Below are positions 27,574-43,400 of a stretch of DNA of 64,000 bases, piece by piece. A program made the translations under genes and the position numbers. This stretch comes from the human T2T-CHM13v2.0 reference genome, Homo sapiens. The stretch lies in the NCBI RefSeq assembly GCF_009914755.1, contig NC_060928.1; one strand, 5' to 3'. The notes beneath the pieces are model-generated. The model was given only the letters and a program-made list of their open reading frames with translations, was not told where the DNA came from and searched no databases. How positions within the stretch are numbered: position 1 is the stretch's first letter; every line of letters begins with the position of its first letter.

Positions 27574-30500
27574 CTATAAAAAAAGAGCAAGAAAACAAGT
27601 TAAGCTTTCTTTCTATGCCAATATAAAATTAGATTTTTCTCCTTTACACTTCAGCAATATTTTTAGTTACCAATGTACAACATAATGACTTGTATATTTC
27701 AACATTTAATAAAAAGAAGAAATGCTCAATCTTAGAACATGACAATAATTAGAATATTGAATTTAATGCTAACTTGCTGAATATACTGATTAAAACACAT
27801 TGGTTTAAAAATATAGGAAATGCAGCCTGAAACACGTATAGGAAGCAGAATAAAGGTAAAGTTCAACCTCTTAACCAATATGAGGAAGACCAGTCAGCAC
27901 AGGTACTTAAAATCTATATCTGCCTTGCAGAATGCCTACATCATTTTGAGTGGATCATCTTACCGTCAGGATAACATACACACAGAAGGCACAATCACAT
28001 AATGAAGAAAGAAAGGATTCACTTTTGCTGGTTAGCTTTCTACATTAGTCCTTTCTCATGATAGATATTTATTTTGTATTTTTGTATTTCTAAAGATACA
28101 ATCAGCTATGCAGCACATGGTCTTAAACATGAGTGAGACATATAAGCATTCTATGCGGTTAAAATGACTATGATTGAATTACTCTGTCTCTAACCACCCT
28201 ACCAAAAATGCAATCAAAAACTGAAACTGAAATTTAGGTCACTGTTTTATGTATAGAAATCACAATATATATATATATACATATCCAATTATGTAAAGCT
28301 GATGTTCAAAATTCAGTTAAGTAATTTATTCTGCAGATTTTCTGACAGAATAATAACAAATATCAATATTACCTGCAACACTTATCATTAAATTCTAAAC
28401 ACATTTTATAGTCTAGTGAGAACCATACTCATAAAATATATCACTGTTTCAAAGTGAGTTTGTATTTTCAACAAATATATATATAAAGTAAATTGATTAC
28501 TAACCAATGATATTCAATGAAGCATAACTACCCTATTGAATTGTAAACATACTATAAATGGTTTCTCCAAAGAAGTATCAAGCTAGCACCAAAGTATAAG
28601 CAATCATTTTAACAAAAAGCTTATAGTTACTATGAGGTTTTCTTGTTAGGTAAATGGTAGTTAAGCTTGAATTTTCTATGTACATTAACATCTAATAATT
28701 CCTCATGCCATATCCTTCCTTAAAATGTATTCTAATGATATACATAAAACAATCACATGAATATACAGTGAAGGTATGCAAGAAACAACAAGCTAAGAAT
28801 ACATTCTCCTGCAAAAGAAAGTTGACTTTATTCCTTAGACTAGCCCAACAAGCCTGTATAAATCGTAAGATGGCTGCTAAGGATAAATAAGTATATAAAT
28901 TGATGTGTTGAATGTAAGTGCCAATATATTTACTAGGTAAACAAAAACACAAGAGCACATACATACACACACATTACTTGTAATGCATCTTAAAACATTA
29001 ATAGCACTTGATTTTTGGATTTCAGAAAATAAACACAAAATTCTGCTAAAAACCCTCTAATAATTGAGGTTAGCTCTTATTTACTTTCTCACACGTGTTA
29101 TTTGGTGGACATTGTCCTATTGTAATTATGTCATCTAATAATAAAAGTATTAATTGATTAGGATGTCAACTAGAAAACAATAAAATAAATATTTTGGAAA
29201 GCAAACATGCTTTTCGCTATCTGTACTAAAATAATTTTTTAAAAGACTGTCCTCATCACAAACACAATAAATTTCAAAATGACTGTGTTGAGAACAAATC
29301 ATTGATAAATGACTATCTTCCTACTCCAAGTCTGCATATAGGTATACAGAACAAAATCTGCCTGAGCAGCGCTTTCTAAAAGCACAAACAAAAAAGTTCA
29401 CTATTCTCATGGAAATTGTACTGATCTTATTAACCTGTTATAAGATGGTTTCATTGGTTTTCTCCTTTCCAGCTCACTATGCATACCTGAATCTCTATCA
29501 TTTGATTTAATTGGTGAGAAAAACTTCTTTACTACTTTCTAAAATTAACTTTTGGATAAATGTAATAATTATACACATTGATTACATTAATTTAATCATT
29601 ATTAAGAAGCTACATGACGTAATAAGAAATAGAACATGCCCATTCTAATATTCATGCTTTATACACACACAAAAGCAATAAATGAAAACTTAAAAGTTTA
29701 TACCAGATGCTAACTTACTGGCTGATGCCAACTAAGAATAAATTTTATATAAGTATGCACACTTATATAAATGTAGTCACTTCTAACGAGATAAGTTAGA
29801 TCCAAGCATATTCATGCAATTATAGATCTATGGTTACAGATTCACATACGAAAAATAAACATGTGCATATATATTCATATATATTCACATTTATGTGTAT
29901 ATGTATGACACAGAGATGCCAACTTACTCTCAGATGCCAACTGGAAACAAGATTATAAATATATACTTATGTAATCTTGTATCTTGATAAACATATATGT
30001 TTACGAAGATAAACAGCAAAAATATATGGAGTACATTTTTTAAATGAGATGAAGTCCTTATGTCTTAGATATACTTTTAAATCTCTTTTCCAATTCTCGC
30101 TCTTCCTGTGCCCCTTTCAGCTACTCAATTTTATTTGCAACATTTAGAAAAAGCAAGCTTATAAAATGCCACTTAGTGTCAAAGGTCATTGTTGTGGGAA
30201 AAAAAGATAATCACTTCTCAATACCTGTTAGCAGTACAAATTAATTAAACAATGCAAACACGAGAAAAGCAGAAAAAAGGTTTTCTACACTTACTTGATA
30301 TTACTGTGCATCGTGATTTTACTATGCATACATTGAGACCAGTATGCATCCCCAGATGTAAGAATATGGACAGTTTATTGCAGGAGAAGTGAGAAGGTAA
30401 GCAGGGAAGCCTCTTTTAAAAATTATTTCTTCCTTATATTAAGATCCTTGAGGTCAAGAAGCCTAAAAATGATTAGTTGGGAAATCACCAAATAAAATAT

Positions 30501-33500
30501 GTGAGAAAAATTAGGAAAACTACTGGTGCAGTAATTAGAAAATAATCAAGGCACACACCAGAAATTTGTATTTCAGGATTTTAAAAGTGTCAAAACTCTT
30601 TAGGGTCCTGTAGCCTACCCAAAATAGATGTATATCTAATCTCCTGCCCAATTTTCATCAGGAACAATGGAAATGTACTTTAGGACTGATTGAGTTTGTT
30701 TCAGCCAAGCTGGGTGAAGCAACAATGTTTTAATAGATAAAATATTGAGTTAAACTACAGGTTTCTAACTAAGTTTGTACTAATTTGAGGACACATATTT
30801 TTTCATTCTGTCAACTAATGAGGTTATCCTTGTAAGAAGACTTCTTTTTAAATGGTGCGGGGGCTCAGCACACCAATGTGCGGGATTAAATACCCTGACC
30901 AGCCACCTTTGGGTTGTATAAATTCAAAGTCCCAGCTAGGGATTCACACTCTTGATGAGATTACAGTGACTTTCTGGATCTCAGTGATGCTTGCAGGGGA
31001 TCTTTATCCTGAGTGACAGGAAAGCCAGATTCCCCTGAAGAGAAGGGGGTGGGGAGGTAAAGAATAGAATTGAGTTGATCGGCATTGTTTAAGGCAGCCT
31101 TCACTGTTCATGCAGGTGCAAACGCTGACAAACAGCCGTCTTGCTCCCAGGAGGCCTGTGGAGAAACCTGCAGCCCCAGTTCTCTTTCTGGTACTGCTGT
31201 AAAGCACAGTGTTCCAGAGAATTCACCCCTACACAAACCAGGTACAACACTATCTTCAAGTCTAAAGGAGTCTTCTGTTTCTCCCTAAATTACATTAAAA
31301 CTAAGGGAATTTCCTTGAATAAAAGAATGATAAAACCTAAGTCCAAGTACATTTTATATTTACTTTTTAAAAAAATTTAAAATTTAATAATGTTCCTGGC
31401 AGATATATATATATTTCAGTTTGATTTTCATTAAATCTGCAGTGATGAAATAATTAAACAACCTAAAATAATAAAGAATATGAAAAGCTTTCACCTTAAG
31501 GATTTTAGCATGTTTCTCTTCTCATACCTGCGAAGCAGTCACACGGAAAGTGGTATCTTCAGGTGAAGAATGCATCTACATATTCTTGTTAGAAATACGT
31601 CAAGTCTAATAAAACATCAGCTCCTAAAAGCTGAAAATGGGGCATCTCTAACTCTGTACATATGAGGATATGTGGATTGGCCATTCATATCTAAGTACAG
31701 TGTGTAAAATGTAGCAATATTTACAAAACTGCACTTAAAACTTTTAATAATATTAGACCTGAGGTTTCAAAGAGGAAATTAATGAAAACTTTTGATGCTG
31801 AAATTCACCTTAAATACAATTTTAAATTGAGATCATGATTATGATACTAGAAATGTCTATAACTAAAGTTAAACCTATCTTTCCAATATTTATTCATATA
31901 CTTTCGAATCTAAAAATTTCAGTGACTCACCTAGGCCTTCAAAATTCTACTGTGAAACAAAATGGCTCTCATGATTTCCAACTGAAGGTCACTATTTGGG
32001 GATACCATTATTTCTATACTAATCAAAAATAATTTCCTGTTTTCCCATTTATTATTAAAGAAACAAAAGTCATGAAATCATTTTATGATTCCCATATAAT
32101 CGTGAAGCATGCTTTCTTCCCAACCAAACTTAAGGCAATTTCAGGCTGTAGTTAGCCAATACCACCTACTGTATAACCTTTTGAAATATTGTTTTCACTA
32201 TGAGGAGTCCCACTGTAAGTTTCTTAGACTCCTCGGCATCTAAGGCCTTGATACTGGAAACCTCCACTGCATTCAAGTCTATCATTTCACACTAGAATGC
32301 AAAGATCTTAATGAATCACTGAAAATTTGCAGTAGAAAGTAAGTGAATAAATATGACAAAACATAATAATGGACCCCACTGTTTGCCTTCAGTTATTCAA
32401 TTATATAGATTTTGTTTGTGGCTACATATAAAACTTTCAAACTTTAGAAATTTCCGGATTAACAAATGCAAGCAGGTTGCTGATGGTGAAAAAAACTACC
32501 TTTTTTTTCTGATTTGATTCACGAAGAATGCTAAAACATTGTTATATAGGTTCTTGATTATGTTACTAACAAAATTTCAAAATCTACTTGGAGAAATTGG
32601 AAACTGTATTACGTATACAGTATTGTGAATGTGAACAAACTGATTGACACAAATTAATACATAGTAATATGAATCTTTGAATAATTAATAATTATGATAT
32701 AAAATAATACCTAGCAAAGGTGAACACCTCCCCCACAAGTTTTTAGCAGAAAGATTTTTCTATATTCCTTTTGTAAATGATAGGTTTTAGAAATCATAGT
32801 CTAGTAACTATAATAGAGTTATTAGAAAACACTAGTAAAGTATAGGCTAATAATATAAGAGAACTATTAATGATTATCACACAGTCCAATAATTTATTGC
32901 TATTATAAACAAAACATTTTATTAATAATATCTAAATTTAAAAATATTTGGAGTAATATAAGTATATACTTGTTTCCATTTTTTAAATTACACCTCACTT
33001 TTTTCTTCTGCTCTGTTGTAATAAATCCATATTATGTCTGTAATGTATAGCAGATTAATTTTTCTAATAATCCAGATTCATTTATTACATAACTGTATGT
33101 CTTTGGTATAATCACACCTTATTTTGGTCTTTATCCAAATATAAATTAAAAACAACTTTCAACATCATCCACTAACTGGAATATTAGACCCCTATTTAAA
33201 AAGGGGAAAGCACCAAATAACTAGGTAATTTTTATGACATAACTTTTGGAGGCTTTAAATATGATTTTAAGAAACATTCCATATTTTGGTTTCCAAATTG
33301 ACATTTGTGACCAAGATTTCTCCGATTAATGATGGAGAACTAGAGATGGCCTTTTCATTGATAATTGATTCTCCCTTGGCTGTTGCTCCTGTTGCTCTCT
33401 TTGCCTTGCACTCCTACACTGCAACCACCACAGTTACCATCACCACTGTGACAGCATGATTTTAGACTGTGACGGTGTGACTTTAGAAGGTAAACCTAGC

Positions 33501-34924
33501 TAACTTCTGCAAATGGAAAGATGACTTTATACATTATGTTGTAAAGGCACTAAGTCAAGTCCATATGGTGATAAAGCCTGTCATGAAAACAGCTGTCCAA
33601 AGGAGAATGTGTGTACACGGTGGGAGTGGGTTGGTGGGAGGTAAAATGACAGATTAACACCACGATTCACACTGGTCCAGAAGTGACCAAAAAATGTACC
33701 CATTTTGGCCATAGGTCTAATATAACTACTTTAGTTAAGCAAGTCTCTTGATAATGCTATGCGTATATAATTATATTTCAGTTAAATTTCGTAAAAATAC
33801 TTCAAACCACACCATTCTAACAAATAAGTAAATTTAGTGTATTATAAGTGGGTATTTTAGTGGTTAAAATGTTCTTACCCATATAAAAATAAAACATAGT
33901 ACGGTGGTACCATGGTAAGCAGAAAGAGGAAAATCTTTCAATAATTCACAAATTTAAAAGGTATTTATCAAAGCAATGTTATATACTTAACCTTATGTGT
34001 AAGAGAGAATGTGAAAGAAAATTAGAAGTAAAATTAAGATTTAAAAAGTAAAAATTGGGTTAATAAAATCAATACTATACTTTCAAGAATGATTGAAATT
34101 ATTTTATTTATATAGTCATATGTTCATATTTCATTTGCATGTATATATATGTATAAATATATATGGTTATAGACTCTAAATAAATATGTGTGTGTATATA
34201 TATATGAATATATATGTGTGTATAAAAGTTCAACAATTCAACTTCTTCTCAAGTAATTCCCATTGAATGCAACAGCATAGCATTAGGTGAGTTCATTGGT
34301 AATTAGCCATTGAAAAACAATGAGCAGCCTTTCCCAGACCAAGTGGTTGGACAATTTTGAAGTTCTGGTTAATTTTAAAGCAGTCAGTGAAACCGTATTA
34401 ACTTTATCCCTTTTTTATTGAAGAGAAACATAAATATTCATATAAAATACTAGAAAATGAGAAGTCACTTAAAAAATCTTAAGAGGTGATGTTTAACCTG
34501 ACTATCAAAACTGTGATTTGAACACCCTCTAATTTATACGAAAATAAAGTAGTTACATTTAGCCTCCATCAGCAAATCAATATGGCATATCTCTTTTATT
34601 ATTATAGTTCTGAGATCTGATAAATATTTATTTCTTAATTACATAAAAGTGAAAAAAAGTTTAACAGAAAATTTCCTGTTAGGCTAAGTCAAGTAGCATT
34701 TTGGATGTAGTCACTGAGCTTCATGTGGCTCAGAATCTGTTATGAACTATCCAACCACTGGGAGAGACTCAGCCTAAAATTCACAGCATGTTTTATGTTT
34801 ATGAACTACTGAGAGGAATTTAGAAAACATTAATTCTAAATATTTCAGTCAACTAGATGCTATCACCAAAATAATTTACTTTGATTAAAACTATAGTTCT
34901 AATAATAAAATGTAGCTTTTGTTG

Positions 34925-35062
34925 TCCCTCCCTCTCTCCCTCCTTCTTTCTTTTTCCCCTCTCCCTCCCTTCCTTCCTTCCCTCCCTCCCTCCCTCTGTT
35001 CCTCCGTCCTTCCGTCCTTCCTTCCTTCCCTCCCTCCCTCTCTCCCTTTATTCCTTCCTTTC
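34925..35062 (+). repeat. (CCTT/CCCT)n polypyrimidine low-complexity tract
   Basis: Directly visible. Confidence 0.9.
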
Positions 35063-36024
35063 AATTGCCATCATACGGAATGCTCAAATTAACAATCACT
35101 CTGACTTCGACTTTTGGTCTTTTCTCTTAATTCTCTTTTAAAATAATAAAATTGAAAAGTATACAGTCAATAATTAATTTAATTTTTATCAAGTCTTTAT
35201 ATGTTTCTTAACTGTTTAGAAATACACTTTGGTTCATCTACTTTCATCAAGAAGATAAATACTATTAAGCATTTTCCACTACTATAACATCATGGTAGGC
35301 ATTTGTTCTTGTCTAGAACAAATTCTCAAGTATTTAGATTCTAATTTCTCCTCAGGAAGTTTTCATGAACTACCTCTTTTTCTATAAGTATCATGTGCTC
35401 CATCCAGAGTATATAAACCTATATACTCAGTAGAACATAGCCACATTCAGATAGTCAACTAACTAGCAAAGTAAATTAATAAATTTTCCACCATAGGATT
35501 TATAAGATGTAGTGATTGATATCCTTCTCATCATCATTCTTTAGTAGCCTTTTTTATATGCACGATTCTGTATTTTCTCAGAAATTCTCCTCATGATTAC
35601 TTAAAAAGTACACTGACATTTTGTACCATCAGTTCATTATAGGGGTTGGATAGCCTTGAGCTCCCTCAACACTATCATTAGTTTCGAGCATTGGTTTTCC
35701 CATCTTGGCCTTTCTATGTTTCTAATTGCAGATTGCAGACTTAAGAATTACTTTTAAAAATATGTTTTTAAAAAACCATAAACATACTTAGTTTTCCTGA
35801 AACTAGTTTTTCCACCATGGTAAATGGAAAAAAAAAAATGCTTAGTGGTTCTAGTGGATCTAAACCCAGACCCATGACACCTTTCCCTAAATTCTGAGAC
35901 TAACTATTGCTTCCCATTTCTTATTGAAACCAGATCAAGATGACCTTAAGTATGCCATTTCTTTTTGCCAATACGCCCCTTTCTGATTTCCCTTAAACAG
36001 TAGCAATTCTGTAACCTTCCTGTA

Positions 36025-36157
36025 TTTCCTTCCTCTCTTCCTTGCCTTTATCTTCCCTCCCTCCCTCCCTCCCTTCCTTCCTTCCTTCCATCCTTTCTTC
36101 CTTCCTTCCCTCCTTCCTTCCATCCTTTCTTCCTTCCTTCCCTTCTTACTTTCTTCC
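36025..36157 (+). repeat. (CCTT/CCCT)n polypyrimidine low-complexity tract
   Basis: Directly visible. Confidence 0.9.
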
Positions 36158-36454
36158 AATATAATCTTTTCTCTTATTCAGGTAAAACAAAGGTTTCCAG
36201 CAGTCTGTAAAATATGCCTTGAAATAAAACAGAAAATATAATACTACAGAATCACATGAGGTAGCAAGGCAGAGATCATATTAGTCTGTGTTACTTATCT
36301 AGATGTGGAGAACTAAACCAAGGATGAGTCAAGGAATCCTAAGGCTTTTAAATAGGTGTGAGATTGATTCCAGAATTTTCTAAAATTTCAATGTTAGTTT
36401 AAATGTGGCCATTTGTCCATTTCGTGGGCTGAAAATTAAAAATATAAATAGGGA

Positions 36455-36769
<315 letters not shown>

Positions 36770-37189
36770 CTAAGTACCTTGGATGAAGGACTAAGACCCA
36801 GAGCTAGAGAATTACATGCATATTGTAAAAAGAGCAGGAATAAAGAACATTTAGGGTTCTTTAAGCCAGGATTTGTGTGTGTGTATATATGCATGTACAT
36901 ATATATTGGTACATACGTATGTATGTATACATGGAACTTAAGTCTTGGAAGATAACAGTTCCACCTAAACATCTGTTAAATTGAATTGAATTTATCAAGG
37001 GTTTACTATGTGCTAATTAATACCATATATTCATGAATAGACAGCAAAGGTATAGACCTGCCTGGAATAAGTAAAAATACGCTATTTGTAAAAACATTTC
37101 AATTTTACTCTTTATCTTGTTAACATTGTTCAAATATAATTTCTTTCCTCACTACAGACTTGTTCAATAGTGATATTGCTGTTGCTAGA

Positions 37190-37452
37190 TTAATGTTTTT
37201 CAAATTTGACTGCAACTAAAAGTTATAAATACATTTTACACAGCAACTCAGCACATACATACACATACATTTCTTTAAGTGTACATAACTGAAACAGAAG
37301 TTGAACAATGCTTGCTATTACTACATGTGATAAACTCATATATTTTTCTGCTCCATTTTATTCTAACCTACTTTCTAAAAAATCTTGATGGTAAGTTAAA
37401 ACATTGGTTTCATGGACCACCAACATATTGTCACCTGCAGTTTGATAAACAC
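37190..37452. mobile_element. hAT-Charlie-like (MER-type) DNA transposon remnant
   Basis: Ends gtttttcaaa... and ...tttgataaacac form a degenerate terminal inverted repeat; internal aaatacattttaca. Confidence 0.4.
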
Positions 37453-40400
37453 ACCTCCATACTGTACAAAAATGAATTCATGTGAAAAGAATCACATGAG
37501 GAAAATCTAAAACCACTCCACTTCATAAAGAATTTAACTCTACATATAGCAGCATTACAAAGAAGAGCTAATGTATTTCTCTTTCGATGGAAATAAGCCA
37601 AAGTTCTCTCTTCTTTTTCACGGACTAAAGGTAGAGCACACAAAATATTTCATGTTTAATGGAAGACTCCACAACTTTTCACTTCTTATACACCTACATA
37701 TGACTGTTAATTTTATCCTTTTTTCTTATCTTCACTTAACATTAAGATCACCACTTATCTAATTTAATCTATTTTTAAAAAGCATTGCCAATAGAGAAGT
37801 TATTCCCAAGCATAGTTATTTTTCTACCACTGATTCACCAACACTAGTTCTCGCCATTTCCACATGATTAAATTTATATGGTCTTCTGTTCACTTAAAAA
37901 TGTATTTAATCTTGTTTCATTCTCTAAATTTTGGAGAAAATATATCTATCTTCTGTGGCATTTGCCAGATTTGCTGAAATAGACAGAAATGTCCAAATTT
38001 TTCCTAATCTACAAACATATATCCCTTTCTCTTTTCATCCTACTTGATCCCTATCATTATAGTATTATCAATAATCCAGTTGTGGTATGGTGTGGGGTTT
38101 TTTGTTCTTGTCTTTTAGTCTTTGGGCAAGAAGCAGCACTTTCAGCACCGTCTTTCCCATAGTCTGACACTTTACTTTCTCAAGAATGTTTTCTAAAATA
38201 TGAATTTTAATGCAGAAGAGACACAAATGGGATACCATTTTCCACCCATCTTGGAAGTATTCTCTTTTAGTTACACTTTGGAATTATTCTACCAAATGTT
38301 TCAAATGCATAAGTAAAAATAATAACATCAGCTATAACACAATCTGTTTTTCCTTATCTCTAATTCATCTGCCACTCCACTCAAGCCTCAGTTCTGACTC
38401 TCAAACCAAAAGTATTGAGTCTAGTCATTAAAAAAAAATTATCTTTCTTTTTAAAAAATATTTTCCATCATCTAAAAAGCTTTTATAACAGCTAAAGCAA
38501 AGCATACATCCATAATTCCATCTTGTCAAAGTTCTTTCTATACACTGCATTGGATTCTGGCTTAAATATTCCTTTCTCCTTTGTTTCTCATCTTTCTTGG
38601 TCAGCATTATAAATCTTTTAGGGCTTATCACTCTTTTTCCCCAGAAAAACACCAGCTATTCCGATTAATGCTTAATAACTGTCTTCATTTTAAAAAATAT
38701 TCTGTTTTTAGTAAAAAACAGAAAAACTTCATGTAGCTACTTCACTTTTTAGGTAAAAATGCATATCTACCTGTTTTATTTCCTATGTACACTCATATAT
38801 ATATATATTCTCGAATTTTCCAAATTTGTTAAATATGTTCACTTTCTAATATTTGTTACATATGTTTTCCAACTGGAATTCATTTCTTTCTTACAATTAT
38901 TCTCTTGACCTCACAAATTCACATTTAGAATATCTCTGTGTCTTGGAAAAAAAAGTCAAATAAAAGTATTGGGTTAGTAACGTGAAACATAAACACACAC
39001 ACACATCTATCAAAATATATAAAAATTAATAGTGGTGATATGTCTGTGGTAAGGAAGGAGAAAGAGCACTAAATAATTGAAATTGGCTCACCATATTGAC
39101 TGACTTCACTGGGTAATATGCTCAGTTTCCTAAGACATTTGACAGTGCAAGTATAGGAACAAGGAAACATGTTTAATTAGATTTATCTCTTTCCAAGTAA
39201 ACTCAAGTCATATCTTTGCCAACTGGGTAATTAAAACAAATATTCAAAAACCACATACCACTAATAGACATCAGGGCTTTAATGTCTGAAAACTATAAGT
39301 AACCTATTGGTTTCTTATCTATAAATACAGTTGCCTTATTCTCCATTTCCATTGAGGTTTTAAAATTGGACTGAGAAATTATATAGCATCTTTCAGTTTG
39401 CCAACAACATTAAACTACATATAATGTTAAAACGTTATAAGGTAGGTTGATATTACTTTCATCTTATTGATGAGGAAATAAAGTTCAGAGAAGTTATGCT
39501 GATGTACCTAACATTGTTCAACTATTAAGTTACTTGATACTAGTGGCTCTTTTCACAATTTCTTACCTATGTGGCCACATGGACCACATATAATTTTAAA
39601 TGAAAAGAAATTAAAATGTAGGAGCTTAGTAGTATATTTCCTGAATATAATTTATACCATTTTATATAAACCAAAGAAATACATCTTGAATATGACGTCT
39701 TTGAAAAAGTAATTGCTTGCTTTGCCACAATCTCTTTAGTAAAAAACATAGTGGGAAATAAATGGGTTAAAGATTAAGAAAGAGGAAACCAAAAAATTCA
39801 GCAGGCTTGATTTCATACCTAGCTATGGATTCTTACGCTCTTAAAATAAATTAAGAGAAAGCCCAGAAGTTTCACAGAGGAAAAAATATTTCTCATAATG
39901 TTTTAGAGTAGAAGTTAACAAGCCTGCTGGGATCCTTTTAGCCCCTGCAGAGCTAAGTCTTCAACATTATTAAATGGCTGTCGCATCTGAAGTATGGTAC
40001 AACATAACTCAATAAACAACAGAAAACATATGATGCTGAATGGAGGGAGGCTTTTCGATTACCCTGCAGAATAATTCAATTTCAGGACAGGTGTTTGCAT
40101 GTGATGGAACAAGATATGACTCAAGGATAAAATCACCCTTATGCCCCTCCCCCAATATTTTGAAAATCCTAATAATAGCAGCAAAATGCTAGATTTAAAA
40201 GTATGTTAAAAATGGTCAGAAACACTGATGCACAAATGAAGGAACAAAATTACACATGCACAAAATTCTCAAAATTTACATGGATTACAAAAAATACATA
40301 CTTTCTTGAAAAGAAGTTTTTATAAAAGATGATGCTTCCTAGAATGCCCTACTTCCCCAGCTAAGATCATCTGACATTTTGATCAGTGACTAAAAGTCAC

Positions 40401-43400
40401 ATTACTAATAAAATTTAGATTTTATTTTCAGTTCATTTTTGCTTTTTTACAAACTAATCTTGGAATATGAGAGAAACTATAAAAGAATTAGTCCTTTCTC
40501 CAATTTGTATATTTACATGGGCTTTTAAATAAATCTTGTATTTAACTTATGACTTTAACTAGATATTTCTATATGACAAATGCAAGAGTTTATTTTTGGT
40601 ATTTTGCATAATGGGAGTAAAATAAATTTAAGAAATTAAAGCATATCCACTCATATTGAATAGTAGGACATTATGTCAAGCTTTTTCAGAGTAAATTGAA
40701 GTGAAATGTTTTCTGCATATTCAGACAATCTGACCAGTTGAGGTCCAGCAGTAAATTCTGAGAGCACCAACAACTTTAGAAGACTTTCTTAAAAGCACAC
40801 TTTCAACCTATGCCTGAGAGATACTCAAATAGTATAATGTTTAACTTTGTATCCAGAAAGATAGTTTGTATTCAGAATATTCCAACAATGTTTCCACCCC
40901 ACCATGGATCTTCAGCCTGGAACCTGTTAAACAATGTTCCAACTGGAGCAAATATGGATCAAATGCCTGTTCTTTTTGCATGCCTTTCAATTTTCAATCT
41001 TACAGGCTATTTTATTAAATTGTTTTGTACTTATCAATCTATAAGTCTGACTATGCAAAACTTAACTATTAATTCAGAAAAGTAGATGACTGAGACTAAA
41101 CAAAATATAGAGAAATACTTCAGTAATCAATTATTTAAGAACTTGAAAAGCCACACGACTTTTATTTCTTTCATCACTAGATACACTTTTCAGAAACCTA
41201 AAGTTTATTTTTTAAATTTGCTCTTATATGCCTTGTGTTTGCTCACTTATATTTTGTTTGATGATGGTTGAATTTCAAACATTCTTATAGCATAATTTAC
41301 AAATGAATTTTAATTACTTTATTTTATTATTCCTAATTGCCATCTAAAACATGGCTTAGAATTTACATGATGGTTGGATGGGCGAGGGTACTGTTTTCAT
41401 TTAGGAAGTATTAAAAATGTATGTACGCTTTGTAAGTTTTTAAACTGACAGTTAAAATTACATGTATTTACTGTGGGTACAACATGATATTTTGAAGTAT
41501 ATAAAAAACAACTTTAACTCCCTTGTATTAAATCCAGTGATGGAAAAATAATCTCATTGAACTTGTTTTGCAGTTTGATGCCTTGGCCACAAATTCATTT
41601 GTGGCTTTAGTCAAAGATAAAATTTTCCAAGCTTTTTCCTTATTATTTATAAAATTGAGGTGTTTTTTCCTACATTATTTATATGTTACATTCTAATGTT
41701 AATATACTATCATTTTGTTTAAATTTTATTGAAAAATTTCCCCTTTCCCTTTCATACTCACTTATATATTTGCACTTTTTGGTTAAAATAAAAATATTTT
41801 TCTGTTGGTAAGTTTCTTATTCTTGAGATGAAAAATTGAAAACTCATTTCTTAAAAATTATGACATAAAAAAACTGGTGGATGTTTCCATTTAAGACACA
41901 AAACATTTGCATTTTATCCATAGATTTTTTTGTCACCAAACCTCAGAAATGTATATGTTCAATTATTGAATTATTTTATTAACTAAAAGCTCTTAGTTTG
42001 AGTGACACACCTATTTTACATCTGGTCTACAAGTTAATTTCCTCAGGAGGCAGGTGCCACCTTCCTGTACTCATTACAGATGGTGCTTTGTCCAGAGTTT
42101 TACAATTGCCATTTATGGTTGGGGCTCTTAGAACTTAACAGCGTAAACAATATGTCCCTCCTCCCCTATTACACTCTTCTGAAGTAAGCTATCAAGTTAG
42201 AGACAGTATTTGAATTTTTTTCTGCCAACCCCCTTAGAAACTCAACCTAACTTGTGGAAAAATTACTGTTGGCCTGTACATTCGGCAGATAGATTTTTAA
42301 GAGATAAAAGAAAGTAAAGAAAAAAAATGGAACCATCCTTCTTCCTGACTTTCCAGTCTCTCAATGTCTTCACTATAACCTGCTCTCTCTAGTTTCTTCT
42401 CCAGCTCAAGGAAAGTCTCAGTGGTGGCAGTGTGAAACTTACTGCAAAGAGAGCCAAGAGTGGGGGAAGGGAAACCTCCTGAGGCACTGCTTACTAATGT
42501 AATTCCATAAATCAACTAATGGTAGAGAAACCAGATCTGTGTGGTCTCTAATGCTGTCCCACAGAGATCAATCATGTCACCTGAACAATGTTCAGAGACT
42601 AAGAGGCTGGGGTTGCCCATGGGACAATTTTATCCCTTGAGCCATATCAGATTGGGATATTTTTAAAAGTTAGAAGTCAGTATCAGAAATGTTACTGTTG
42701 TGAATATAAAAACTGAAGGATTATCTTTGCAAGAGACAAAGTGTTATCATGTAACTTATCATAAGGATCTCCTATATGATCACGTTTATTAAAACATCAA
42801 GGAACTTAATATTTTTCATTTAGGATAGAAATTTTTAAAACAGTTTTTGTCACACAAGGGGCAGAGAGCATTTGTAATGACTGCTTTGAACAATTAGTGG
42901 CTATTTTTTTAACAGAGTAATTGACTTAATGAACAGTGGTTATGCAAATACACAGTGCACAGTATAACAGAAAAACTAAATGTTTTGTGTGCATTATCAT
43001 ATCAAATATGATCAAGGGGTGATTTTATAAACACATTTCTAGGGCATCATAAGATGCTCTTAAGGTGAGACTAAGCAGAAAAATAGAAGGCAGTTTTAAA
43101 AGGAACACTAGGGAGGAGGCTTTGAAAAAAATCTGGATGAGAGTCCCAACATATCCATGTGAGTCTGTCTTAATTTCAGTTTTCTCACCCTGAAAAAAAA
43201 TCTGACTATGTCTCCAGTCTTTGGGATGAGAACAAGTCAAAGGGAAGAGTGGCACATGAGTCTTGAAGTGATAAAGAAGAATATATGTTATTATTATGAT
43301 CCAGATGTTAATTGGCACCCATAATTCAAAGCCAACAAATATTAGCTATGGAGTTTACATCTGGAACCCACAGGTGATATCCACAATGAGTCCCCAAATC

